DNA of 31,193 nucleotides from a virus. Its lineage: Duplodnaviria > Caudoviricetes. Made by a program: the position numbers and the translations under genes. This document shows, piece after piece, positions 17,167-24,742 of this stretch. The DNA lies in the IMG/VR virus record IMGVR_UViG_3300017565_000182, positions 1 through 31,193 of that record. The stretch is one strand, 5' to 3'. The notes under the pieces were generated by a model that worked only from the letters and a program-made list of their open reading frames with translations, ran no database searches and was not told the origin of the DNA. Within the stretch, counting starts at the first letter, position 1. The number at the start of each line of letters is the position of its first letter.

Positions 17167-17505
17167 TTATATTTGAATGCCTTTAGCTTTTAGAGCTGCT
17201 TCACATATAGCCAAAGGTGTTGTTGATGACTGAGCTTTATGCCATTCTCCATTGAACAGAGAAGCATGTATGTTGCCTGTGAACGTATCTTGAATTTTAA
17301 AAGAGGTAAACTTGTCTAAGACAATCCAAGCATCTTGAATATATTCAGATGGGTTGAATTCGTAAGCGCCTACAAGTCCCAAACGATTGCCTTCTTCATC
17401 AAAATAAGCTTCATAGAAAGAACCATCTTGTTTGAAATCAACCGCCTTAATCTCCCAACCCATTACATGAACAGCAATTAAACGATCTATTTTGTCATAA
17501 TTCAT
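17167..17505 (-). CDS. Phage ABA-sandwich-like protein
   Basis: IDRLIAVHVMGW...FNPSEYIQDAWIV...PLAICEAALKA. Confidence 0.8.
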   Translation of the reverse strand: MNYDKIDRLIAVHVMGWEIKAVDFKQDGSFYEAYFDEEGNRLGLVGAYEFNPSEYIQDAWIVLDKFTSFKIQDTFTGNIHASLFNGEWHKAQSSTTPLAICEAALKAKGIQI

Positions 17506-17864
17506 TTCTCTTCTCTCCCTTTATTTGAATATTCAGTCTTAATCACGCACAACTAAGATGCAAGACACGATAAGAAACACGATAATCGCAACGTAGCAAC
17601 AAATCATTTGTCCCTCACTCATTGACTGGAACCAGCTTCATAATGGATTCATGGCATGTACCGTTTTCGACTGCTTCCAGGTAACAAAGAACCGTTGTAT
17701 TACTTTCAGATAACCAAGCATAACCTTCTATGGCCTGCTGCAACTTTTCGCTCATTCTCCTAACTCCTTTTTATAGAAGTTCATGACATACTCATAAGCT
17801 GTATAACCGCCAACTATCACAAATGCCAGTGTTAACATGATCAAAACTGCCATTGCTGCACCCA

Positions 17865-18080
17865 TCAGCGTTTCTCCCCTCTCATTTTGACGCAGTATAA
17901 GGTGTTATCATCGGTATGTGAGAATTCATCATATTTCTTACGATAGTTGTCATATTTGAAGTTGCGGTAGCCCCGTGTGATTTCGTGAATAGATCCTACG
18001 ACTGTAAACCCGCGTTTGATATTGTCTTCAATGGCTCTTTCTAACTCTGCGCGATTATGGCGTTTCATTGTGATTTCCAT
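17865..18080 (-). CDS. Hypothetical phage protein
   Basis: GGGGG RBS; ORF in operon. Confidence 0.7.
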   Translation of the reverse strand: MEITMKRHNRAELERAIEDNIKRGFTVVGSIHEITRGYRNFKYDNYRKKYDEFSHTDDNTLYCVKMRGEKR

Positions 18081-18234
18081 TTTGTATCCCCCGAATTTAA
18101 TCTATCTGACTGACCAGGGTGTATGTAGGAGAGCCGTAGCTCCCCTTGTTTATTTGTCCTTGCGTGGTTTTTCGTGTTTAATGCCTTTGTACCAATCAAT
18201 TGTGCGTTGCATTTCTTTTAAGAGCGCTTCACGT

Positions 18235-18843
18235 TCACGCGCTTTCATGTTGTTGATCCTGTTCTTCTTTAGCTTTATCAATCCAAGTTCTTAATGAAGC
18301 TAAATGCTTTTTGAAATCCGTTTCACTTAATTTAGTGATGTCATCAATGTTTAACGCTTTGTATACTTCTTTATCTGTACGACCTCTTAATTCAGTGAAT
18401 TCTAAGGCATTCTTTTTAAGTTCTCCGACCTGTTGAGCAGTAATAGGTGTAGCGTGTGTATCTGTCGGCAAGTCCTCGCCAGCGTAGATGTAAAGACCTA
18501 AACCGTGTAACGCAATGGCTTTTACTAAACAACGTTGAATCGCTGTGTTGATATCAAAGGCATTTGGTTTTTCGATTGGTTTGTTTTGATGATTAAGCAC
18601 CGGATGAATCTGACTTAATGTAATTCCTTGTACTGTGACAGCTACTTCAACAAAGTAACCGCACTCTGTTTTCATGTAAGGCATACCGTTGAATCTGATT
18701 GTTTCCCACGTTGCTGTAGGATCATGCTTTCTAAGAACGTCCACCGCATAAGCCCAAGATAGATAAGAGAATTTGCCTTTTTTCTCAATGTGTTCACCGA
18801 CATCTATTTTTGCTAATTGTGTATAATAGTTAGTTTCAGTCAT
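18235..18843 (-). CDS. Sak/Rad52-like single-strand annealing protein (DUF1071 type)
   Basis: KFSYLSWAYA...INTAIQRCLVKAIALHGLGLYIYAGEDLP; start ATG 18843 (GAGGTG RBS). Confidence 0.9.
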   Translation of the reverse strand: MTETNYYTQLAKIDVGEHIEKKGKFSYLSWAYAVDVLRKHDPTATWETIRFNGMPYMKTECGYFVEVAVTVQGITLSQIHPVLNHQNKPIEKPNAFDINTAIQRCLVKAIALHGLGLYIYAGEDLPTDTHATPITAQQVGELKKNALEFTELRGRTDKEVYKALNIDDITKLSETDFKKHLASLRTWIDKAKEEQDQQHESA

Positions 18844-18966
18844 AGTACACCTCTTCATTTCGTGTGATTTCGTTATGTTCTTCCAACTGTTGAGCTTCAT
18901 AAATGCTGATTTCTTGGTATCCGTTAGATACTGCGATATGCGGTCTGTTGTGAATCCAGTAAAGAG

Positions 18967-19377
18967 TCATTGTGCAACCTCCAATAATTCAGGGTTTTGA
19001 AATGTATTTCCTATTACTCCAATAGTCGCTATAGCATTCAAATCAACAAGCATAAGAACACTATCATCACCATTAGGGTATTTACTTTCAGCAACCCATC
19101 CCATTTCTTCATCAGACCATACAATTTTGCTTCTTCTACCTCTTAGGTTTTCAACGATGTCACCTTCATAAATTTCAGTACCGTTCTTATCTTTTAAGCC
19201 TGTATATTCTCTAACCCACGCATCACCTTTACCGTTAGGTGTTAATGAGTAAATGCAGTAATCAGATTCACTACCATCAAAAACACCGTGAACAGTTTCA
19301 TTAAGGAAATCTAATTTGTAAACCTCGAATTTTTCACCTGTAGGTCTGTAAATACCTTGATATTTGATTGTTCTCAT
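18967..19377 (-). CDS. YopX family protein
   Basis: EYTGLKDKNGTEIYEGDIV...VIGNTFQNPELL. Confidence 0.9.
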   Translation of the reverse strand: MRTIKYQGIYRPTGEKFEVYKLDFLNETVHGVFDGSESDYCIYSLTPNGKGDAWVREYTGLKDKNGTEIYEGDIVENLRGRRSKIVWSDEEMGWVAESKYPNGDDSVLMLVDLNAIATIGVIGNTFQNPELLEVAQ

Positions 19378-19398
19378 TGTTTAATTCCTCCAATTTTC

Positions 19399-19469
19399 TG
19401 TTATAATAAAGGTCTAATATATTTTCCAACGGGACTTTGTTGTGTCAGCAACAGGTCCTTATTTCTTTT
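19399..19469 (+). promoter_or_regulatory. Antisense promoter plus terminator hairpin
   Basis: TGTTATAAT 19399-19407; stem 19431-19442/19449-19459 followed by a T-rich run. Confidence 0.55.
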
Positions 19470-19632
19470 CTGCGTAATGCTTTTCAACAACCTGAATCAC
19501 TTCTTTAAGCTGTTCGATTTCTTCAGCTACCTTTGGCATGTGTTCACGATAAAACTGAATCTTTTCTTCCATGTGAACCAAGTTATCTTCTTTGGTTTTA
19601 AGATCGTATTTCAGTTTTTTGAGTGGATCCAT
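19459..19632 (-). CDS. Small coiled-coil protein, 57 aa (not in ORF track)
   Basis: AAGGAG RBS; MDPLKKLKYDLKTKEDNL... Confidence 0.65.
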   Translation of the reverse strand: MDPLKKLKYDLKTKEDNLVHMEEKIQFYREHMPKVAEEIEQLKEVIQVVEKHYAEKK

Positions 19633-19810
19633 AAAGGATAACTCCTTCCTCTTTCCGGATAGTTCTCATGAAGTCTTGAACCACTAACGGAATGTCCATT
19701 GCTTCATCATGAGATATTTTTGTTTCCAACGCTTCTTCTATGGTGCTTAATTCAGGCACGATGCCCTCGTCATTCCACAAGTCATATAAGTAATCATGAA
19801 TGATACTCAT
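19598..19810 (-). CDS. Hypothetical protein
   Basis: ORF abutting the upstream stop; AAGGG RBS. Confidence 0.65.
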   Translation of the reverse strand: MSIIHDYLYDLWNDEGIVPELSTIEEALETKISHDEAMDIPLVVQDFMRTIRKEEGVILYGSTQKTEIRS

Positions 19811-20050
19811 TTACGCCAACCCCTTTTCGTATAAGTCATCCAGGTAGTTCCTTGTGTCCTCTGCCCATAATTGGAAGAACAACGTTTCGAGTGTGTCTAA
19901 CTTATCTTTTAAGCCGTTTAAGTGAACTTGTTCAGCTAGTAAGAATGTTAAGGCGAAGTAATCACCGTTTTTTAACTCGTTGATACGTTGTTCAGAACGT
20001 TGGATAAGGTGTTTCACTTTTTCGATTTCATTAATGAATTGATTTTCCAC
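19811..20050 (-). CDS. Hypothetical coiled-coil protein
   Basis: AAGGTGAG RBS, GTG start. Confidence 0.65.
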   Translation of the reverse strand: MENQFINEIEKVKHLIQRSEQRINELKNGDYFALTFLLAEQVHLNGLKDKLDTLETLFFQLWAEDTRNYLDDLYEKGLA

Positions 20051-20161
20051 TTAACTCACCTTCTCTTCCTTAGTTGATTTGGTTAAGAACTCATACACGA
20101 CTTTCTGAGCGTCTTTTACGACTGTTTCAAACATTGGACCTTTTTTCACGGTTACTTTCAC
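20051..20161 (-). CDS. Small protein, 36 aa (not in ORF track); possible lytic-side recombination directionality factor
   Basis: AAGGAGG RBS; MKVTVKKGPMFETVVKDAQKVVYEFLTKSTKEEKVS; function is a guess. Confidence 0.55.
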   Translation of the reverse strand: MKVTVKKGPMFETVVKDAQKVVYEFLTKSTKEEKVS

Positions 20162-20173
20162 ACGATCTCCTCC

Positions 20174-20695
20174 TTAGTTAGTTGAATAAGGTAAATACTT
20201 TCTTCTTGCTTCAATCACAGCTTTTTCAGCTTCTTTCAAATCATCGAAGTAACCAACATGAATTTTCTTACCTTGAAATCCAATTTTCGCTCTCCATTTA
20301 TTGCTTCCCTTAACCCTTGTAACACCCCTTACACCTGATGTGTTGTTCCGGTTGGGACCTTTTTTGTTTTGTAGGTTTTCTGCGTTAGTTAATATCCTTA
20401 AATTTTCTCTTTTGTTATTTAAGGTATCGTGGTTTTTATGATCGGTAACTTTACCATCAGCAACTTCTAATAAGTACCTGTGAAGCCAAACTGCTTTTTG
20501 CTTCTTCCTAACCCTAATGGAAGACACTGCATAAAAACTATTTGTGTTGGGAGCGAAGTGAGCACTCCAAGTTTTGTTGAATTCCTTTAGTTTTGGTAAA
20601 TCTGATGTATCGATAAGTGTTTCTAAAACTTCACCGTTTTTTCTTCTTAGATAGATGATTGTTGTATCACCTAAGATTTTGTAATCGTTTTTCAT
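20174..20695 (-). CDS. HNH-AP2 homing endonuclease
   Basis: LHRYLL...DHKNHDTLNNKRENLR...NTSGVRGV...KWRAKI...HVGYF. Confidence 0.92.
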   Translation of the reverse strand: MKNDYKILGDTTIIYLRRKNGEVLETLIDTSDLPKLKEFNKTWSAHFAPNTNSFYAVSSIRVRKKQKAVWLHRYLLEVADGKVTDHKNHDTLNNKRENLRILTNAENLQNKKGPNRNNTSGVRGVTRVKGSNKWRAKIGFQGKKIHVGYFDDLKEAEKAVIEARRKYLPYSTN

Positions 20696-20847
20696 CTAGC
20701 GAACCTCCTGTTTTTTCTCTCCAAACCCAAATTCCGTTATTTAAAGAACCATTTACTTGATTACAGGTACTTTCAACATTTGGTATACTTTAGGAGTAGA
20801 AATATTTTCTGTTGAATTATAGTCATTGAATTATATTCAACATCAAG

Positions 20848-21030
20848 TTATAAAAGATCCTTTAATGTAACACCTAACACCTCTGCAATTTTACTTAGCG
20901 TTGCGATACTGCCTTTTGTTGTGCCATTTTCAATCTTCGTGATAAGAGAAGGGCTTACATTCGCTTTTCTTGCTAAGTCTGCTTTGTTCCATCCATTAGC
21001 TTCTCTTAGCTGCGTGATTTTTTCACTCAC
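20848..21030 (-). CDS. Cro-like XRE HTH regulator
   Basis: ITQLREANGWNKADLARKANVSPSLITKIENG; divergent from the repressor; GTG 21030 has an AAGGTGGTG RBS, ATG 21060 has none. Confidence 0.88.
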   Translation of the reverse strand: MSEKITQLREANGWNKADLARKANVSPSLITKIENGTTKGSIATLSKIAEVLGVTLKDLL

Positions 21031-21110
21031 CTTGTTCACCACCTTTGGTTTCTTTTTCATTTCAACTTATTAAGGTGGGTTGAATTATATTCAACTTTCC
21101 TGTTGAATTT

Positions 21111-21140
21111 ATAATACCACAGGAGTTGAAACATATTCAA
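21111..21140 (-). promoter_or_regulatory. Early lytic promoter
   Basis: TTGAAT-18-TATTAT with TG extension; -35 lies inside operator 21125-21141. Confidence 0.6.
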
Positions 21141-21353
21141 CATATTTTTTAAATTTTTTTCATAATTTATTTTCGGGACAATATATATAGTAAATTAATT
21201 ATAAAAACCAAATATGTTTTGAGCCTACTAAAGAAGGTAAGTTATAATAGCAGTACCTTTTTGTGAGTGACATTAAGGTAAAGTAAGTTATAATTATTCT
21301 CGTGGTGTCTTGCCATATTTTTCAATTATTGGATTAGGGAAGGGGAAAGAATA

Positions 21354-21713
21354 ATGAGTAAGAATAATGATGTCTACATAGACCCAGTCATAGGAAAGAA
21401 ACTAAAAGAATTAAGAAATAGTAAAGATATGAGTATGCGGGAGGTTGGAGAAGTAATAGGAATAAACTATACCTATATAAGTAAGATAGAAAAAGGGCAA
21501 ATACCTTCCATGAAATTACTGAATGATCTTTGCGGAGTATACGGGGTAGAAATAAAAGATTTGTTCGGAGAAAGTCAACCTATACCGGAGGAACTTAGAG
21601 AGATTGGGGTAGAATGGATAACATTTGCAAAAGAAATGGAAATGGAAGAACTTACCCCCGAACGCATAAAGCACTATATTAACGTCATTAAGAGACTTAA
21701 ACAGGACATGTGA
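21354..21713 (+). CDS. CI-like XRE repressor without a peptidase S24 domain
   Basis: IGKKLKELRNSKDMSMREVGEVIGINYTYISKIEKG; 119 aa; divergent from the cro-like gene. Confidence 0.88.
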   Translation: MSKNNDVYIDPVIGKKLKELRNSKDMSMREVGEVIGINYTYISKIEKGQIPSMKLLNDLCGVYGVEIKDLFGESQPIPEELREIGVEWITFAKEMEMEELTPERIKHYINVIKRLKQDM

Positions 21714-21838
21714 GTAATTTTTATTGGCTTATTTGTCGATATTTGTATATTATTAGCGAAAATTTCAACTGATGTACACATTCGAAACTCTTTCAATTAT
21801 TCTGAATTCAGAGTATACTAGGTCTAGAATCACTTTTA

Positions 21839-21852
21839 GGAACAAATGTTCG
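21839..21852. promoter_or_regulatory. LexA (SOS) box
   Basis: GGAACAAATGTTCG = CGAACATTTGTTCC on the minus strand; downstream of a TATACT -10 at 21814. Confidence 0.7.
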
Positions 21853-21903
21853 TCAATTAACTAGACTAAAGCCTTATGGTATGGTACGAAGGAGATGTTT
21901 TGG

Positions 21904-22065
21904 ATGAAGGAAATTCTTAGCATGGAAATTGAAAATGGTGTTAAAATCAAACTATCTGATGGAATAATTATCAAGGGAATCAAACCGATTTCTTCTATTA
22001 AAAAAACGAAAGATAATATACCAAAGGTTTTACAAGAAAATAACGTAAATGTATTCACGAAATAA
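21904..22065 (+). CDS. Small protein A, 53 aa (not in ORF track)
   Basis: AAGGAG RBS; MKEILSMEIENGVKIKLSDGIIIKG... Confidence 0.7.
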   Translation: MKEILSMEIENGVKIKLSDGIIIKGIKPISSIKKTKDNIPKVLQENNVNVFTK

Positions 22066-22148
22066 AAAAAGAACAAACAAGATACTTTTCACAATTTTTA
22101 GATATTTTCAGACTAATTCCCTTTATTTGGGGTATGGAAAAAAAGAGG

Positions 22149-22162
22149 GGAACTGCTGTTCT
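22149..22162. promoter_or_regulatory. Second LexA-like box
   Basis: GGAACTGCTGTTCT (GAAC-N4-GTTC). Confidence 0.5.
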
Positions 22163-22192
22163 TTAAAACCATACACGAAGGGAATGAATGAA

Positions 22193-22333
22193 ATGGTAAA
22201 TTATATTTATAGTGACTTAATCGAAAAAGGTGTAACGATTCAACTAATAGACGGGACCATCGTAATTGGGACGATGGAAACCTGTGTAAAGAATCCGTTC
22301 ACTCACCGTTGGCAATATATTCCGCAATACTAA
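22193..22333 (+). CDS. Small protein B, 46 aa, paralog of protein A
   Basis: AAGGGA RBS; MVNYIYSDLIEKGVTIQLIDGTIVIG...; 3' part of ORF track 22049..22333. Confidence 0.7.
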   Translation: MVNYIYSDLIEKGVTIQLIDGTIVIGTMETCVKNPFTHRWQYIPQY

Positions 22334-22361
22334 TGTAATGAAGATTGAAACTCTCATTACA
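22334..22361. other. Candidate intact attP
   Basis: TGTAATGA-agattgaaactc-TCATTACA inverted repeat centred on GA 22347-22348, 28 nt from the recombinase stop. Confidence 0.7.
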
Positions 22362-22389
22362 ATACCTACACGTAAAAAAAGACCATTAC

Positions 22390-23898
22390 TCAGAAAGTAA
22401 TGATCTCCACTGTTTCTTTATCAAGTACACGTATTTCTTTTGTGATCATGCGAATTAACTTTTGTTTTTGATCAAACGTAAATTCTTCTTCTTTTAAGTT
22501 GAAGTATAACTCGATGGCTTGCTTGAGAACTTCTGTATTTGTTTCCTTTTTCTTCTCCGCTTCCAATTCGGTTTGTAAATTGGTATACTGTTCACGTAGA
22601 TTTTTTTCTTTTGATTGCAGTGATATAATTTGGTCTTTGATTTCTTGCAAGTCTAGATCGTCAGATAGGGAGATTAACGTAAGCAGACGTTTTCTTCCTT
22701 TTTTTGTTTTCTCAATTTCTTCTTCTAATCTCTTTAACTCTTTTTCTTCAAATGATTCTACGGTAGCTGCTGTTTCCTGGTAAGAGAGAAGTACTTCAGG
22801 ATTGTTCAAGAACGTTTGGATTTGGTCCCATACATGCTTATCTACCTCTTCGCATTTGATATAGATACCACACCCTCTATTCTTGGCCCCTGCGGTGTTT
22901 TTCACATCGGTATAATGCAGAACTGTGGTTCCCCAGTTATTCCGTCTTACGCCTGTTAAGGTATTACCACATGCAGCACAACGTAATAAACCGGATAACA
23001 AGTATTGACTACCGGAATTTTTCGTATACCGTCTTCTCGCTTGCTTCATAAGATCCTGCGCACGGTCAAATTGTTCTTTTTCGATGATAACCGGACACGG
23101 GGAGTACAGCCATTCTTCTTTTGGCCGTTCCTTCATCTTAATTTTATCCTCTTTACTTCTATTATACTTGTTCGCTAACATTCCTTCTGTATCCCATCGG
23201 TTTTGGATCTTAAAACCTGTATATGTTTCATTCATAAGGATTTGGCGCACAACTTGCCTATGCCATACCGAACCACCCTTTTTCGTCGGGACACCTGTTT
23301 CAGTTAAATGTTTGGCGATACCGTTCATTCCTCTGAATTTAGTCATAGGATCTGTGAACGCATCAAAGATAAACTTAACGATTTCAGCTTCTCTCTCATT
23401 AATAATCATTTCACTGTTTTCTTTGTCGAAGTCATAACCAAAAACGTGGTCATTCTTCACGACTTTTCCTTTTTTCGCCTTTCCTTTACGGCCACTCATC
23501 ATCCGTTCTTTGATCTTTGCTTTTTCAAACTCAGATATGGCCCCACGTAGTGAGAAGAACAATCTTCCTTCAGGGCTGGAAGCATACTCTCCATTAACAA
23601 ACTCTACTTCAATACCTTTACGCCTTAATTCTTCATCGATAATCAACTGACTCATCAACTTACGTGCTAAACGGTCCGGATCATAACAGATTACTTTGTC
23701 GATTAACCCTTCCTTTACATCTTTCCGTAACCTTTCAAGGTCAGGGCGTTCCAGGAATTCACCTGAATACCCGATATCAATGTACTGCATAACTTCTTCC
23801 GTACCAGCTTTTTTGATACAAGCATCAATTTGATGATCAATACTGTATCCTTTCTCCCCTTGCTCACTTGTCGAAACTCTGACATATATTCCTATCAT
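22390..23898 (-). CDS. spoIVCA: Large serine recombinase, SpoIVCA/CisA-like
   Basis: IYVRVST catalytic Ser; VICYDPDRL, RGAISEFEKAKIKER, VWHRQVVRQILMN and EIEKTKKGRKRLLTLISLSDD match B. subtilis SpoIVCA as recalled. Confidence 0.9.
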   Translation of the reverse strand: MIGIYVRVSTSEQGEKGYSIDHQIDACIKKAGTEEVMQYIDIGYSGEFLERPDLERLRKDVKEGLIDKVICYDPDRLARKLMSQLIIDEELRRKGIEVEFVNGEYASSPEGRLFFSLRGAISEFEKAKIKERMMSGRKGKAKKGKVVKNDHVFGYDFDKENSEMIINEREAEIVKFIFDAFTDPMTKFRGMNGIAKHLTETGVPTKKGGSVWHRQVVRQILMNETYTGFKIQNRWDTEGMLANKYNRSKEDKIKMKERPKEEWLYSPCPVIIEKEQFDRAQDLMKQARRRYTKNSGSQYLLSGLLRCAACGNTLTGVRRNNWGTTVLHYTDVKNTAGAKNRGCGIYIKCEEVDKHVWDQIQTFLNNPEVLLSYQETAATVESFEEKELKRLEEEIEKTKKGRKRLLTLISLSDDLDLQEIKDQIISLQSKEKNLREQYTNLQTELEAEKKKETNTEVLKQAIELYFNLKEEEFTFDQKQKLIRMITKEIRVLDKETVEIITF

Positions 23899-23902
23899 TG
23901 GA

Positions 23903-24025
23903 TTAACCTTCCTTTTTACTTTCCTCTTTCTCTTGTAGGTTCTTTAAATAGAATTCTACAATCATATCATAGCAAGAATGCAATTCCTTGTCAGTAAGAT
24001 TCCCTACGGTTAATTTAACATGCAC
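23903..24025 (-). CDS. Unannotated 40-aa protein, candidate recombination directionality factor
   Basis: AGAGGTGG RBS, GTG start; MHVKLTVGNLTDKELHSCYDMIVEFYLKNLQEKEESKKEG; stops 4 nt before the recombinase ATG. Confidence 0.65.
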   Translation of the reverse strand: MHVKLTVGNLTDKELHSCYDMIVEFYLKNLQEKEESKKEG

Positions 24026-24043
24026 CTTTTACCACCTCTATAA

Positions 24044-24073
24044 AGCCTATGAGGACAGGGTTTGTACACATGC
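24044..24073 (-). promoter_or_regulatory. Sigma-E-like sporulation promoter A
   Basis: GCATG-N17-CATAGGCT. Confidence 0.55.
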
Positions 24074-24096
24074 AAAAAAACCACCCGCGAAGGTGG
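24074..24096 (-). terminator. Intrinsic terminator after the relaxase gene
   Basis: CCACC-TTCGCG-GGTGG followed by T7. Confidence 0.8.
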
Positions 24097-24100
24097 CGAA

Positions 24101-24742
24101 CTATCCAATCTTAATACTGATGCCTGTTTCTTGTTTCGGTTTCATTCGTGCTAATAACGTTTCCACATCTTTTGATTGGACAATGCGAACAAAATTACTT
24201 TTTACGTTATAGGTATGGTCTGCAATGATCCATATTGTCGGGAAGTTCTTCATTTTGAAAGGTAGACACTCTTTCCACTCATCCGACTGCATAAACGCTT
24301 CATATCGGTTGATTTTCTGTTGCATGACCTTTTGTGTGTAATGAGTGTTCTGTACCTCTGCGAAGAAATACGTACCTCTCCAATACATAAAGATATCAGG
24401 GCGAACATCTACGTTAGGGAATTGTGGTTCGATGGAGAAATGTTTGATATCTTTTTCACCTTGCTTGAGTAGCTGCAGATAAAAGTCAGTGATTTTCAAG
24501 AAATGTTCTACCTTCTGCCCGTTTACTTTAATACGGCTAGGTTTCGGGAAGTAAGTATACGGCTGGCTTGTGACATCCGCTTCAATGTATCCACGATCAC
24601 GCAACCTCTTTAAAGCGAAATTTGCGTTTGTGGATGGACTTTTCGTGTATCCATAAAACAGTTCTGCAATTTGGTCCCTAGTCATCGCACGAAACAGCTG
24701 TAATGTTTGGATAATTTCTTTATCACGCTTTCTCATCATCAT
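24101..24742 (-). CDS. Replication-relaxation family protein (wHTH + nuclease)
   Basis: RKRDKEII..L..FRAMTRDQI...HFLKITDFY...RPD...FAEVQ...KINRY; start within MMMRKRD. Confidence 0.85.
   Translation of the reverse strand: MMMRKRDKEIIQTLQLFRAMTRDQIAELFYGYTKSPSTNANFALKRLRDRGYIEADVTSQPYTYFPKPSRIKVNGQKVEHFLKITDFYLQLLKQGEKDIKHFSIEPQFPNVDVRPDIFMYWRGTYFFAEVQNTHYTQKVMQQKINRYEAFMQSDEWKECLPFKMKNFPTIWIIADHTYNVKSNFVRIVQSKDVETLLARMKPKQETGISIKIG

Larger units (their letters stand above)
20811..21141. promoter_or_regulatory. Immunity operators GTTGAA-N5-TTCAAC
   Basis: Perfect arms at 21079-21095 and 21125-21141; one mismatch at 20825-20841; half-sites at 20811, 21061 and 21102. Confidence 0.8.

Noticed and set aside
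180-19641. Plus-strand ORFs of the track in the early region (for example 180..392, 1550..1780, 7587..7895, 18016..18294, 19357..19641), except 13310..13561
   Set aside because: They are antisense shadows of well-supported minus-strand genes, with no RBS or recognisable motif.
21861-22076. Minus-strand 71-aa hydrophobic ORF as a toxin or holin
   Set aside because: It is the antisense shadow of 21904..22065, which has an RBS and a paralog.
23869-23875. Spo0A box TGTCGAA at the recombinase 5' end
   Set aside because: Explained by the codons of the conserved RVST motif; a single 7-mer is expected by chance.
21714-24100. Arbitrium or Rap-Phr signalling locus near the integrase
   Set aside because: No TPR receptor or signal-peptide-bearing propeptide gene is seen.
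22499-24212. Plus-strand ORFs over the recombinase region
   Set aside because: Antisense to the recombinase, the 40-aa ORF and the relaxase.
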